Positions 29,990 to 39,748 of a stretch of DNA of 64,000 nt are shown piece after piece. Source of the DNA: an uncultured delta proteobacterium (GTDB taxonomy: Bacteria; Desulfobacterota; Syntrophobacteria; Syntrophobacterales; Syntrophobacteraceae); NCBI GenBank assembly GCA_963808625.1, contig CAWEHK010000023.1, positions 32,687 to 96,686 on the forward strand, in the 5' to 3' direction. How positions within the stretch are numbered: the first letter of the stretch is position 1; every line of letters starts with the position of its first letter. Made by a program: the position numbers and the translations under genes. The notes beneath the pieces were generated by a model. The model saw only the letters and a list, made by a program, of their open reading frames with translations, was not told the origin of the DNA and did no database searches.

Positions 29990-31642
29990 ATGATCTGTCA
30001 TCCTGCCATGTCAGTCCTCTTTGTGGCTGATCATAGCGATGCACCCCTGAAGGCCCTGTTGACTTCCCTGCAATCCATCCGGCATGTCGCTCTCACCGTC
30101 GTCCCGGAAATGCCTCAGGATTTGGGCTCTTACGGCGTCGTTGTGACGGCAAACACCGGGGCTTTCGCTGCCGGCTACGATCGCCTGGTGCACTTTGTCC
30201 AGGCCGGCGGGGGGTGGTTGGCGCTGGTTCCCCTGGCGGAGAGGCCCCTTCCGGATCTCTTTGGGGCGCAACCAGCCCTGCCCGGACCGCTCGCAGAGTT
30301 GCGCGTTTTCTTTCAGAATGTCAGCTCTCCATTTACCGCGCGCTTACCCGAGGCTATTTATCTCCATAGCTGCTATCAGCCCCTGGAAAAGACCGCGGAA
30401 GACACGGAAATCGTCCTGGGTGCCGATTGGCACTACGGCAAGAGACCGGTTTTGGTCCAGCGGCAGGTGGGCAACGGGCGGGTCGCGTGCACTACCTTGC
30501 AGGCCTATGACCATCCTGCTTTTCAGCGCATCCTCTACCGTCTGCTCTACCATTTATGCCGCCGATGCCTGGAAGAGCGGACCCTGCGCGTGGGGCTGCT
30601 CGGCTACGCGCCATCAATCGGTCAAATCCATGGTGTGAGTGTCGAAGCTACTCCCGGTCTGGCTCTCCGTGCCGCCTGTGATTCGAACCCGGAACGACTC
30701 AGACAGGCGCAGCGGGATTTCCCCCACCTCAAGAGCTATCCCTCCGCCGACCTCCTTGCCGAGGATCGCGATGTGGAAGTGGTGATCGTCGCCACACCAC
30801 CGAATACTCATGCCGGTCTCGCTCTTGAAATGATGGCCGCCGGCAAGCATGTGGTTTGTGAGAAGCCCCTGGCTTTGAACCTCAAGGAAACTACCGCGAT
30901 GGCAGCTATGGCCGAAAGACAACGCGTCCATCTCGGTTGCCATCAAAACCGACGCTGGGATGTCGATTACCTCGCGATCAAACAGGCCCTCGCCGATGGG
31001 CTGATTGGTGATCTGTTCTACATGGAGACCTTTGTGGGTGGTTTCAGGCATCCCTGTGGCTACTGGCATTCGCACGCTCCCATTTGTGGGGGCACGAGCT
31101 ATGACTGGGGGGCCCATTACCTTGACTGGATGGTAAGTCTCATGCCTGACCGGGTGACAGCGGTAATCGGTACACGCCACAACCGGATCTGGCACGATAT
31201 TACGAACGCTGATCAGGAACGCATCCAACTGCGCTTTGCAGGAGGGCAGGAAGCGGAATTCATCCATTCCGATATCGCCGCCGTGTCCAAACCGAAGTGG
31301 TATCTGCTGGGTACCGAAGGCGCCATCATCGGCCACTGGAAGGATGAAACGATTTGTGAGCTTGACCCGGTGCTCTGTTTTCAACAGCATCCCATCCCGG
31401 TAACGGAAATGCCGCCCGACTTAACCCTTCATCGTCGACACCACTCGGGACAGATCGTCGCCCAAAAACTGGCAATGCCCAGGCGCGAACCTTATCTTTT
31501 TCACTGGAATCTCGCTGACCACCTGCTATGGGGCGAACCCATCGCAGCGCCACTCGAACATTCGGTGCAGGTGGTGGCAATTTTGGAAGCGGCAGCACGG
31601 TCGGCCGAGAAGGGCGGTACGGTGGAGGAACTGAATGGCTGA
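29990..31642 (+). CDS. Gfo/Idh/MocA oxidoreductase with an N-terminal ThuA/GATase-like domain
   Basis: FVQAGGG and G.GRV in the N-domain; AGKHVVCEKP, NRRWD, DWGAH. Confidence 0.8.
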   Translation: MICHPAMSVLFVADHSDAPLKALLTSLQSIRHVALTVVPEMPQDLGSYGVVVTANTGAFAAGYDRLVHFVQAGGGWLALVPLAERPLPDLFGAQPALPGPLAELRVFFQNVSSPFTARLPEAIYLHSCYQPLEKTAEDTEIVLGADWHYGKRPVLVQRQVGNGRVACTTLQAYDHPAFQRILYRLLYHLCRRCLEERTLRVGLLGYAPSIGQIHGVSVEATPGLALRAACDSNPERLRQAQRDFPHLKSYPSADLLAEDRDVEVVIVATPPNTHAGLALEMMAAGKHVVCEKPLALNLKETTAMAAMAERQRVHLGCHQNRRWDVDYLAIKQALADGLIGDLFYMETFVGGFRHPCGYWHSHAPICGGTSYDWGAHYLDWMVSLMPDRVTAVIGTRHNRIWHDITNADQERIQLRFAGGQEAEFIHSDIAAVSKPKWYLLGTEGAIIGHWKDETICELDPVLCFQQHPIPVTEMPPDLTLHRRHHSGQIVAQKLAMPRREPYLFHWNLADHLLWGEPIAAPLEHSVQVVAILEAAARSAEKGGTVEELNG

Positions 31643-32645
31643 ACGCATCAGGTGGGGGATTTTGGGGAACGCCAACATTGCCCGGGTATGCGTGATCCCC
31701 GCGATCCAAAAATCACGTAACGGCAGGGTCCGCGCTTTGGCAACCAGATCGCCGCAATTGGCCGAAGAGGTCGCACTCCAGCACCACATTCAGTGTATTT
31801 ATGAACACTATGAGGCCTTGGTGATCGATCCTGAGATCGATGCTCTTTATCTTCCTCTGCCCAATCATCTCCACCACGAATGGGCAATCAAGGCGCTGCA
31901 GGCCGGCAAGCATGTGTTGTGCGAAAAACCGCTCGCATGCACTGCCGGCGAGGCTCAGGAAATGGCTCAAGCCGCGGCAGACAACCGTTTACTGCTGATG
32001 GAGGCGTTCATGTATCGCTTCCACCCCCGGATGCAGCGGATCAAGGGTATGGTGGGCGAGGGTCTGATTGGCGCACCGTGCTTTGTGCGGTCGGCCTTTT
32101 GCTACCACATGGGAAATGATGTGCTCGCATGCGGCGATAATATTCGCCTGAAAGCTGAGATGGGCGGCGGCGCGCTCCTGGACGTAGGATGTTACAGTGT
32201 CAGTGTTGCGCGATGGCTGCTGGGGCAGGAACCGACACACCTGCAGGCCCACGCGGTTTATCATCCGGGCGGGGTTGATCTGCATTTTGTGGGGTTGATG
32301 CGTTTCCCCGGCGGGGAACTGGCCACCCTGGAAGCGAGCTTCGCCTCGGCCTTGCAGCAAACTTTCACCATTGTGGGCAGCGAAGGGGCGATCGAACTTC
32401 CCCATGATGCCTTCATCCCCTGGGAAAAGGACGCCGTTCTCATCCTGCGCGGCCAGAAGGAGGAGGTGGGGCGGGAACAGGTCATTCCCGGAGCTGATGA
32501 ATATCGGCTTATGGTTGAACATTTTGCTGATGCGGTTCTGGGGAAGACAGCTCTGGCCTTCACCCCGGATGAGAGTGTTCGCAACATGCGCGTGTTGAGT
32601 GGGCTGGCGGAAGCCGCGCACACCGGGAGAACAATCATTTTGTGA
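31635..32645 (+). CDS. Gfo/Idh/MocA family oxidoreductase
   Basis: IRWGILG.A.IA, AGKHVLCEKP, MEAFMYRFHP, GGGALLDVGCY. Confidence 0.9.
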   Translation: MAERIRWGILGNANIARVCVIPAIQKSRNGRVRALATRSPQLAEEVALQHHIQCIYEHYEALVIDPEIDALYLPLPNHLHHEWAIKALQAGKHVLCEKPLACTAGEAQEMAQAAADNRLLLMEAFMYRFHPRMQRIKGMVGEGLIGAPCFVRSAFCYHMGNDVLACGDNIRLKAEMGGGALLDVGCYSVSVARWLLGQEPTHLQAHAVYHPGGVDLHFVGLMRFPGGELATLEASFASALQQTFTIVGSEGAIELPHDAFIPWEKDAVLILRGQKEEVGREQVIPGADEYRLMVEHFADAVLGKTALAFTPDESVRNMRVLSGLAEAAHTGRTIIL

Positions 32646-32736
32646 TGAGGTGCTCCGCTTGCTTTCTGGATAACAGCATAGGATTACCAGTAGGGTGAAC
32701 AACAGGCTTGGACAAGAACTGCGGGAGACAAGGCTG

Positions 32737-33740
32737 ATGACATCGGAAGGGACTTACGCCGTGACCGCAGAGACTTTCAAGAGCGTCAGTTCGTGCTGGC
32801 TCGACTCCGGGAGTCGCTTGAAATGGGATTGCCTCTTCGTTCTGCCCGCCTGGTTGAGAGTATGGTGGGATTTTTTCGGCGGCGGCCTGACGCCATACCT
32901 CCGGAGTGTAAGGCGGGGAGGGGAGGTGATCGGGATCGCCCCCCTGGTGCTCCAGGAGGACACGGCAAACTTCATGGGCAGCGCTGAGGTCTGCGATTAT
33001 CTGGATTTCGTGGTGGCCCCGGGCAGAGAACAGGAGTTTTTTCGGGCGCTCATCGAGCACTTGAAGCGGGAGGGGGTCACTCACCTGGATTTGGGGCACC
33101 TGCGCCCTGACTCGACCGTGCTTACGGCTCTCGCACCGGCAGCAAAGAACCTGGGATGCGAGTTTTCCTGCCACCAGGAAGATGTTTCCGTGGAGCTGGA
33201 CCTGCCGGCGACGTGGGAAGGATTCCTGTTCAGTTTGACGGGGAAGGAACGCCACGAGGTGCGACGCAAGCTCAGGCGACTGGAGGAGGCCGCGAGCATC
33301 CAGTTTCGCGTCCTTGACGAGACGCAAGAGATCATGAGGGCGATGGACACTTTTCTGACGCTCTTCAGATTGAGTCGTCCGGAAAAGGCCGCCTTCATGA
33401 CCTTGCGCATGGCTGCATTTTTTCGATCCCTGGCCGAGACCTGGCTGAATTGAAGATTTTGAAGCTCTCTTTCCTCGATCTCGACGGGACCCCGGCTGCT
33501 GCGGCCCTGTGCTTTGATTATGAGGCCACCGTCTATCTTTACAATAGTGGGCATGACCCCCGCTTCCGGGGGCTGAGCGCAGGCCTCCTCGGCAAGGTGT
33601 TCAGCATCCGGGACAGCATTCGAAGAGGCCGGAAGAAATACGATTTTCTAAAAGGAGCCGAAACCTACAAATATCGCCTGGGGGGGAGGCCGGTCCCCTT
33701 GTATCGTTGCCAGGTCGAATTACGTGGCAAAGGGGAGTAA
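32737..33740 (+). CDS. CelD/BcsL-type double-GNAT (FemAB-fold) acyltransferase (frameshift near 33440)
   Basis: W...WW, GIAPL, DYLD, LPATWE.FL, YLYNSG, YDFLKG.E.YK. Confidence 0.8.
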
Positions 33741-33742
33741 TC

Positions 33743-34990
33743 TTGGGAAGACGTCCGCTTAGAATCGCAGTGCTCAGCGTCCATTCCAGCCCTATCGGGA
33801 AACTGGGCACCAAGCATACCGGCGGGATGAGCGTCTACATCCGGGAACTGGCAAGGATGCTGGGAATACGCGGTCATCGGGTTGATATCTTTACCCGCCT
33901 TCAGGATCCCGAGGGAACCCAGTGTGTTCAATTGTACGAAAATGTGCGGCTGATCCATCTGCGGGCCGGAAATGAAGGGCCCATGCCAACTCTGGCCCTG
34001 TATCCCTATCTGGACGATTTCTTCCGCGAAATGGAACGATTCCGGGCCGGCGAACAGCGTCATTATGACCTCATCCACAGCCATTACTGGCTCTCCGGTC
34101 AGGTGGGCAAATGGTTGGGGGAGCGCTGGAATGCCCCTCACATGGTCATGTTCCACACCCTCGCTGCGTTGAAGAACACGACCGTTCAAGAGGAGCAGGA
34201 ATCAGAGCTTCGCATCGCCACGGAAAGGGACCTGGCGCAAAGCTGTCAGCGCATCCTGGCGGCCACCGCAAGGGAGAAAGAACATTTGTCGCACTACTAC
34301 GGAGCGCATCCCGAGAAGATCGGGGTGGTGCCCTGTGGCGTGGACCTCGAGCGTTTTTGCCCGATGGATAGAAAGATCGCGCGCAGGCAGTTGGGATTTG
34401 CCGACGATGAGTCGATCGTGCTCTTTGTCGGCAGGCTTGCGCCCATCAAGGGAATAGATCGGCTCCTGCGGGCCATGACCTACCTCAAGCCGCTCAAACC
34501 CATACGGCTGGTAATCATTGGCGGTGATGACCACCACACACCCGAATCGCAGGACCTGCACCGCCTGGCCGTGGAGTTGGGTGTGCAAGATGTTGTGGTA
34601 TTTCTGGGCAGAGTGGAACATGAAGCGCTGCCGCCCTATTACTGCGCTGCCGACGTTGTGGCGCTGCCGTCCCATTACGAAACCTTCGGGCTCGTGGCGC
34701 TGGAAGCCCTCGCCTGCGGGACGCCGGTCGTAGCAACCCCGGTGGGCGCTATGGAGACGATCCTCCGGGAAGGTGAAACCGGACGCGTCGTCGCCAATGG
34801 CGCGCCGCAAGACCTGGCTGCAGGGATTGACGAGTTCACTGCAAAAACGGTTGCGGGGGAGCTATCGGTCGCTGCCATTCGCGGGTCGGTCCTGGGATTT
34901 GGCTGGGACCATGTGGCCACAGCAATAGTTGACCAATACGCAACCCTGCTGCGGCAACATCGCGGTGCAGTGAGTGCCGGCGATTCATAG
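33743..34990 (+). CDS. MshA-like GT4 glycosyltransferase
   Basis: LSVHSSP..GGMSVY, VDIFTR, YDLIHSHYWLSG, FHTL, GRL.P.KG, PSHYETFGLVALEA. Confidence 0.85.
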   Translation: MGRRPLRIAVLSVHSSPIGKLGTKHTGGMSVYIRELARMLGIRGHRVDIFTRLQDPEGTQCVQLYENVRLIHLRAGNEGPMPTLALYPYLDDFFREMERFRAGEQRHYDLIHSHYWLSGQVGKWLGERWNAPHMVMFHTLAALKNTTVQEEQESELRIATERDLAQSCQRILAATAREKEHLSHYYGAHPEKIGVVPCGVDLERFCPMDRKIARRQLGFADDESIVLFVGRLAPIKGIDRLLRAMTYLKPLKPIRLVIIGGDDHHTPESQDLHRLAVELGVQDVVVFLGRVEHEALPPYYCAADVVALPSHYETFGLVALEALACGTPVVATPVGAMETILREGETGRVVANGAPQDLAAGIDEFTAKTVAGELSVAAIRGSVLGFGWDHVATAIVDQYATLLRQHRGAVSAGDS

Positions 34991-35180
34991 CCGTTCAGGG
35001 GCCAACGATTCAGACTAGTGAACAAAGGTTTCGTGCATAATCACGACAACGGAATTTCAAGGAAGTTTCAAACTGTGTCGGTGCAGATTTATCCAGCCTG
35101 CCATGCCGAAACGGCGAAAAGGCAGGTTGGAAAGCCTGCATCCACAAATCGAGGCGCCGTGAGGAAACTTCATTGTAGTA

Positions 35181-35331
35181 TTAGTACCGCACGGCAGAAT
35201 AAAGTGTCCATTATCCCCGGTCGTCATTCCCGCATGCTCTTAGCGGGAATCCAGCAACAGAGCCTGGATGCCCGCCTTCGCGGGCATGACGACTGGAATT
35301 CGGACACTCATTTATGCTGAGTTGTACTTAG
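35181..35331 (+). mobile_element. MITE family B copy
   Basis: ttagtaccgcacggcagaa...ttatgctgagttgtacttag, flanked by TTAG at both ends. Confidence 0.75.
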
Positions 35332-35463
35332 GAGACGTCCAAAAATAAAAAACCTTTTACCACGAAGAGCACCAGACACGAAGTGATTACTTCATACTCT
35401 TCGTGTTCTTCGTGGTTCGAAAAAGGGCTGAACTGAGTGCAAGTGGTTTTGGACAGTTGCCTG
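35329..35463 (+). mobile_element. MITE family A copy abutting the family B copy
   Basis: ggagacgtccaaaaa...ttttggacagttgc. Confidence 0.75.
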
Positions 35464-35490
35464 ACGGCTAAGAGGAGGAGGTTCAGTTTG

Positions 35491-36190
35491 ATGGAGAAAG
35501 TTGACGCTGATGTCATGGTGGTATCACCTCATCCGGATGACGCCGAATTCGGTGCGGCAGGGACGGTCGCCCGCTGGACGAGGGAAGGAAAGCAGGTGGT
35601 TTACGTGATTTGCACCAACGGTGAAAAGGGCACCAGCGACCACACCGTGAAACCCGAACAATTGGCTGAAATGCGCCGGCAGGAACAGTGGGCGGCCGCC
35701 AGGGTCCTGGGAGTAAGGGACGTGATCTTCCTGGGATACCCGGATCAGGGTCTCGAAGACACGCCGGCGTTCCGCAAGCAAGTTGCAAGGTTGATCCGCA
35801 CCTATCGACCAACCATCGTGGCGACGGCAGATCCTTACCGGCGCTATATCTGGCATCGCGATCATCGCATCACCGGCCAGGTGGTCCTGGATGCGGTTTA
35901 CCCTTTTGCCCGCGATCATCTGGCCTACCCTGATTTGCTCGAGGAAGGGCTGGAGCCTCACAAAGTGGAGGAAATGCTCTTCTGGGGGGCAGATGAAGTG
36001 AACTATTGCTCTGACATTACGGACACTTTTAGCCTGAAGCTTGAAGCCCTGCTCTGTCATGAAAGCCAGGTCAGGGAGTTCCGGACCCCAGACCTGGAGG
36101 GGTGGCTGCGGCAGCGCTGCCAGGCAATGGCCGAGGGCCAAGAGCTTCGAGCTGGCCGAGGCTTTCCACCGGGTGGAAATCACGTGGTGA
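35491..36190 (+). CDS. PIG-L/LmbE family deacetylase (MshB/Mca/BshB-like; frameshift near 36140)
   Basis: PHPDDAE, CTNGEKG, RRQEQ, HRDH, HESQ; corrected C-terminus ..LAEAFHRVEITW. Confidence 0.85.
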
Positions 36191-36282
36191 TCTTCGCGCC
36201 GAAGTCCGAAGCATGCGCACACAAATAGCACCTTCTGAAAGCCGGATCGCGTTTCAGCTCAATTGCTCCTTGCTCTCGGCCA

Positions 36283-36363
36283 CCAGTCATCAACCGTCAA
36301 CCAGTCAACCGTCAACCATCAACCATCAACCATCAACCATCAACCACTAGCCACTAACCACTA
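36283..36363. repeat. Heptamer tandem repeat (CATCAAC/CCACTAA-like)
   Basis: catcaaccgtcaaccagtcaaccgtcaaccatcaaccatcaac...ccactagccactaacca. Confidence 0.75.
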
Positions 36364-36999
36364 CATATCCCAAAGCACATCTCCGCAAAGGTCCGCTGGG
36401 TGGGGTCGCGCCGAAAAGATCTGGAACGCCTGCCTTTCCCTCCCAACGATCGTCGCTTCGCCATGGCCGGGGTAAACCAGCGTCTCATCGGGGAGGTCAA
36501 AAATCTTTCGTTCGAGGGTTTCAATGATCTGATGGAAATCGTCAGGCGAGCGGGTGTGACCCGGGCCTCCTGGAAACAGCGTATCGCCCGCGATGAGGAA
36601 ACGACCGGTAAGGAAAGAAATGCTGCCCGGCGTGTGTCCTGGTGTGTGCACCACCCGCAGGTGAAGCGCCCCACAGGAGACGATATCTCCATCCTGCAGC
36701 AAGATATCGGGCGGCAAGGGCAGCACGGGAGCGTCGGCCGCATGGGCGGCCACCGGCACCCTCAGCAGAGCTTTAAGCTCGACGAGTCCACCGACATGGT
36801 CCGGGTGGCCATGGGTAATCAAGATGTAGTGGGGATGAAATCCCTCGAGGCCGGCCAAAATCTTTTCGGACTCGCCCGGGGCGTCAATCACGACACAGGC
36901 GCCGGTCTTCCTACAGCTTAAAAGGTACGTGTTGGTTCCATACTGACCCAGTTCGAGTCGTGCGATTTCGATCATGCTGTTCTTCTCAACGGTCGCCAT
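36361..36999 (-). CDS. MBL-fold metallo-hydrolase (glyoxalase II-like)
   Basis: THGHPDH, HTPGHTPG, GDTLF, YPGHG. Confidence 0.9.
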   Translation of the reverse strand: MATVEKNSMIEIARLELGQYGTNTYLLSCRKTGACVVIDAPGESEKILAGLEGFHPHYILITHGHPDHVGGLVELKALLRVPVAAHAADAPVLPLPPDILLQDGDIVSCGALHLRVVHTPGHTPGSISFLTGRFLIAGDTLFPGGPGHTRSPDDFHQIIETLERKIFDLPDETLVYPGHGEATIVGRERQAFQIFSARPHPADLCGDVLWDM

Positions 37000-37042
37000 C
37001 TTTGCCTCGTGTCGCCTGGCCTTGGCGGATGCCGAGTGCCCA

Positions 37043-37203
37043 GGGTGCAGCACAACATAATAATATGTCCACATTCCCTCGGTCGTCATTCCCGCATGCT
37101 CTTAGCGGGAATCCAGAGAATTTGCAGAGCCTGGATTCCCGCCAGAAGCAGGCGGGAATATCGAGTGGAATTCGGACAGCCAGGTATGCGGGGCTGTACT
37201 AAG
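37043..37203 (+). mobile_element. MITE family B copy
   Basis: gtcattcccgcatgctcttagcgggaatccag core; ..atgcgggctgtacttaa end. Confidence 0.7.
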
Positions 37204-37237
37204 GCCCCGGCTTGGGTATTTGAAAGAAACACCATGG

Positions 37238-39175
37238 TCATGAGTAAGAATTAAGGCGTTCTTTCAGTTTTGGGAAAAGGCCAAGATCGGTATGGGGCAA
37301 GAATAGGGCTGCCACATATCGATTCATATAGGAAGGTGTCTCCGAAAGTTCGAAATTTGTCATTTTCCTCATTGCTGTCACGACATCTTTTCTGATTCGA
37401 TTGGTGAGGCAACAGATCCTTGCCCCCATCAACGATCCGTTTCCAATGTAGGTAATCTTGTCGGGATCGATTTCAGGCAAAAGTCCGATAGTCATCGCCT
37501 GCTCGATATCCACATGGCTTCCGAATCCTCCGGCAAGAATGATCCGGTCCAGATCGGAGATGCTCAAACCCACTTCATCGAGCAGGGTTTGACATCCACT
37601 GTAGATGGCGCCCTTTGTGCGAATGAGATTGACGATGTCGATCTCAGTCAACACGATGTCTCTGTCAATCTGCGTTTCATTCTTCCATGCCAGAACGTAC
37701 TCATATACACTGTCTATTTCACGAATTCGGTTTGAGTTTAAGTCTCGATTGAATTTTCCACTGCCGTTGATAATTCCGCTTTCAAACAGATTAGCGACGA
37801 TATTGATCAGTCCTGAACCGCATATGCCTTTGGGCCTGACATTGCCAATAGTCATATTCATTGGCTCGAGGGTGAGCGGGTCAATTGAAAAATATTCAAT
37901 GGCGCCTTCCGTAGCCCGCATGCCGAACTGGATCCCGCCGCCTTCGAAAGCCGGTCCCGCCGAACAGGCGGCACAGGCAAGCCAGTCCTTGTTGCCGATA
38001 ACGATCTCAGCGTTGGTGCCGATGTCGATGTATAGTGTTAAAAGATCTGATAGGTAAATACCTGATCCCATTACACCGGCAACAATGTCACCGCCGACAA
38101 AACTTGAGATATTGGGATAAACCAGTGCCGTCGTATGATCGGCCAGATCCATGCCTAAATCAACTGCCCGGATCAGTGGATAGAGCGTCGATGCCGGCAC
38201 ATACGGCGATCGTCTAATGTATCGAGGATCTATATTTAATAGGACCTGTGTCATGGTGGTGTTGCCGGCTAACGTGATGGTCGAGACTTCGTCGCGGTTA
38301 ACACCGGAACCTTTAACGATTTTGTCGATAACTCTATTAATGGTTTGTGTGACAACTTCATGAAGTTTTTCCAATCCGCCCGGTTTTTCGGCAAACATGA
38401 TCCGGGAGATGATATCCTCTCCATAACTGATCTGACCGTTAAAATCGCCATACTCGGCGAGGATGTCTCCCGTGATGAGATTGATCAGTTGGCCGTAGAC
38501 GGTTGTTGTGCCAATATCGATGGCTATGGCAAAGTTCCTGTCGGTGGTGTCTCCAGGTTCAATATTGATGATCTGGGTCTTACCACTTTCCACAACGGGT
38601 CTTGCCAATGTTGCCGTGACCTTAAAGTCGGCTTTTCTTAAAATATCTGGAAGCTTCCGAATAACGGGCAGGGAAACAACCAACCGATGCTCGTCATAGT
38701 TGAGTTTCAAGAAGCTGATCAGACGGCTGGTGTCCGCAAGATTATCTCGTGACGAAGGTTCGGGGAGGTCCAGGTACCTCTTTTCAACCGGTGGGATGAA
38801 AAGGCCTCGATCTTTCAAATCGTCAAGATTGAGCTGTTGAATTCGTGCGGTTCGCCTGGTGGGCCTGTATTTATTTAAGACACTGGTGTCCACTTCCGAT
38901 TCCACGGGAATGCGCACCACGAGGTCACTCGTTACTCGCGAAAGGCAGGCCAGCCGATAGCTCTTATCAAGATCATCCTGGCTCAGTTGTTCTGAAATGC
39001 CATCGTCAACACTCCCCTTTTCAATAATTACCCGGCACTTGCCGCACTGCCCTTCACCCCCGCATGAAGCATTCACATGAACCCCCGCTTCCATCGCGGC
39101 CTCCAAAAGACTCCCGCCATCAGGAGAAGCGATCTCTCGGTTGTGCGGCAGGAACATTACTTTATGCGTGATCAT
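37238..39175 (-). CDS. ASKHA/DUF4445 [2Fe-2S] reductive activator of corrinoid enzymes (RACE-like)
   Basis: CGGEGQCGKC..LAC, DIGTTT, DIGTNAE, SAGPAFEG, GICGSG, AGGFG. Confidence 0.9.
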   Translation of the reverse strand: MITHKVMFLPHNREIASPDGGSLLEAAMEAGVHVNASCGGEGQCGKCRVIIEKGSVDDGISEQLSQDDLDKSYRLACLSRVTSDLVVRIPVESEVDTSVLNKYRPTRRTARIQQLNLDDLKDRGLFIPPVEKRYLDLPEPSSRDNLADTSRLISFLKLNYDEHRLVVSLPVIRKLPDILRKADFKVTATLARPVVESGKTQIINIEPGDTTDRNFAIAIDIGTTTVYGQLINLITGDILAEYGDFNGQISYGEDIISRIMFAEKPGGLEKLHEVVTQTINRVIDKIVKGSGVNRDEVSTITLAGNTTMTQVLLNIDPRYIRRSPYVPASTLYPLIRAVDLGMDLADHTTALVYPNISSFVGGDIVAGVMGSGIYLSDLLTLYIDIGTNAEIVIGNKDWLACAACSAGPAFEGGGIQFGMRATEGAIEYFSIDPLTLEPMNMTIGNVRPKGICGSGLINIVANLFESGIINGSGKFNRDLNSNRIREIDSVYEYVLAWKNETQIDRDIVLTEIDIVNLIRTKGAIYSGCQTLLDEVGLSISDLDRIILAGGFGSHVDIEQAMTIGLLPEIDPDKITYIGNGSLMGARICCLTNRIRKDVVTAMRKMTNFELSETPSYMNRYVAALFLPHTDLGLFPKLKERLNSYS

Positions 39176-39259
39176 TTCGCCCTCCTTATTCTTTCGGTGC
39201 CAATATTACCACGAATCCGGCCAGGGGAGAGAAAAACGCAGATGGGCGAATCCATTTCA

Positions 39260-39748
39260 TCAAACCCGACTGCTGAGAACTACCCCCTGACCACGACCAC
39301 GGAATTCTGCTTCTCCCGCCATTAGCCTATCTACAGACCATTTCCCTCCCCCCGAAATGACGAGTGCCAAGGCCATGGCAATGGCCAGCAAATGATACTC
39401 GAAGCCCTCTCCCGCCTGCTTTCCAAACCAGTTCATAAAAAAGCCATGAGGCCAGTGCACCAAAAAGATAGCCCCGATCATATTGCACATGATCCCGAAG
39501 GCCCCCAGACGGGTCAGGCATCCCAGGACCAATCCGAGGCTTCCGACAGATTCCGCCATGATTACAAAAAAGGTAAGAACCGCCGGGATGTGCAAGTGCT
39601 GCGAAAAGCTCTCAATGGTGCCCAAAAAGCCATAGCCGCCGAACCAGCCCAACAGTTTCTGGGCGCCGTGGGGAAGCATTACCGCCCCGAGGGTGACCCT
39701 CAGGATCAGGTTTTGCCATGAATCGTTCGTCCTGAAAAACCAGCTCAT
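39260..39748 (-). CDS. DoxX family membrane protein
   Basis: LR..LG..M.PHGAQKLLGWFGG, GFFMNWFG, GEGFEYHLL. Confidence 0.85.
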   Translation of the reverse strand: MSWFFRTNDSWQNLILRVTLGAVMLPHGAQKLLGWFGGYGFLGTIESFSQHLHIPAVLTFFVIMAESVGSLGLVLGCLTRLGAFGIMCNMIGAIFLVHWPHGFFMNWFGKQAGEGFEYHLLAIAMALALVISGGGKWSVDRLMAGEAEFRGRGQGVVLSSRV

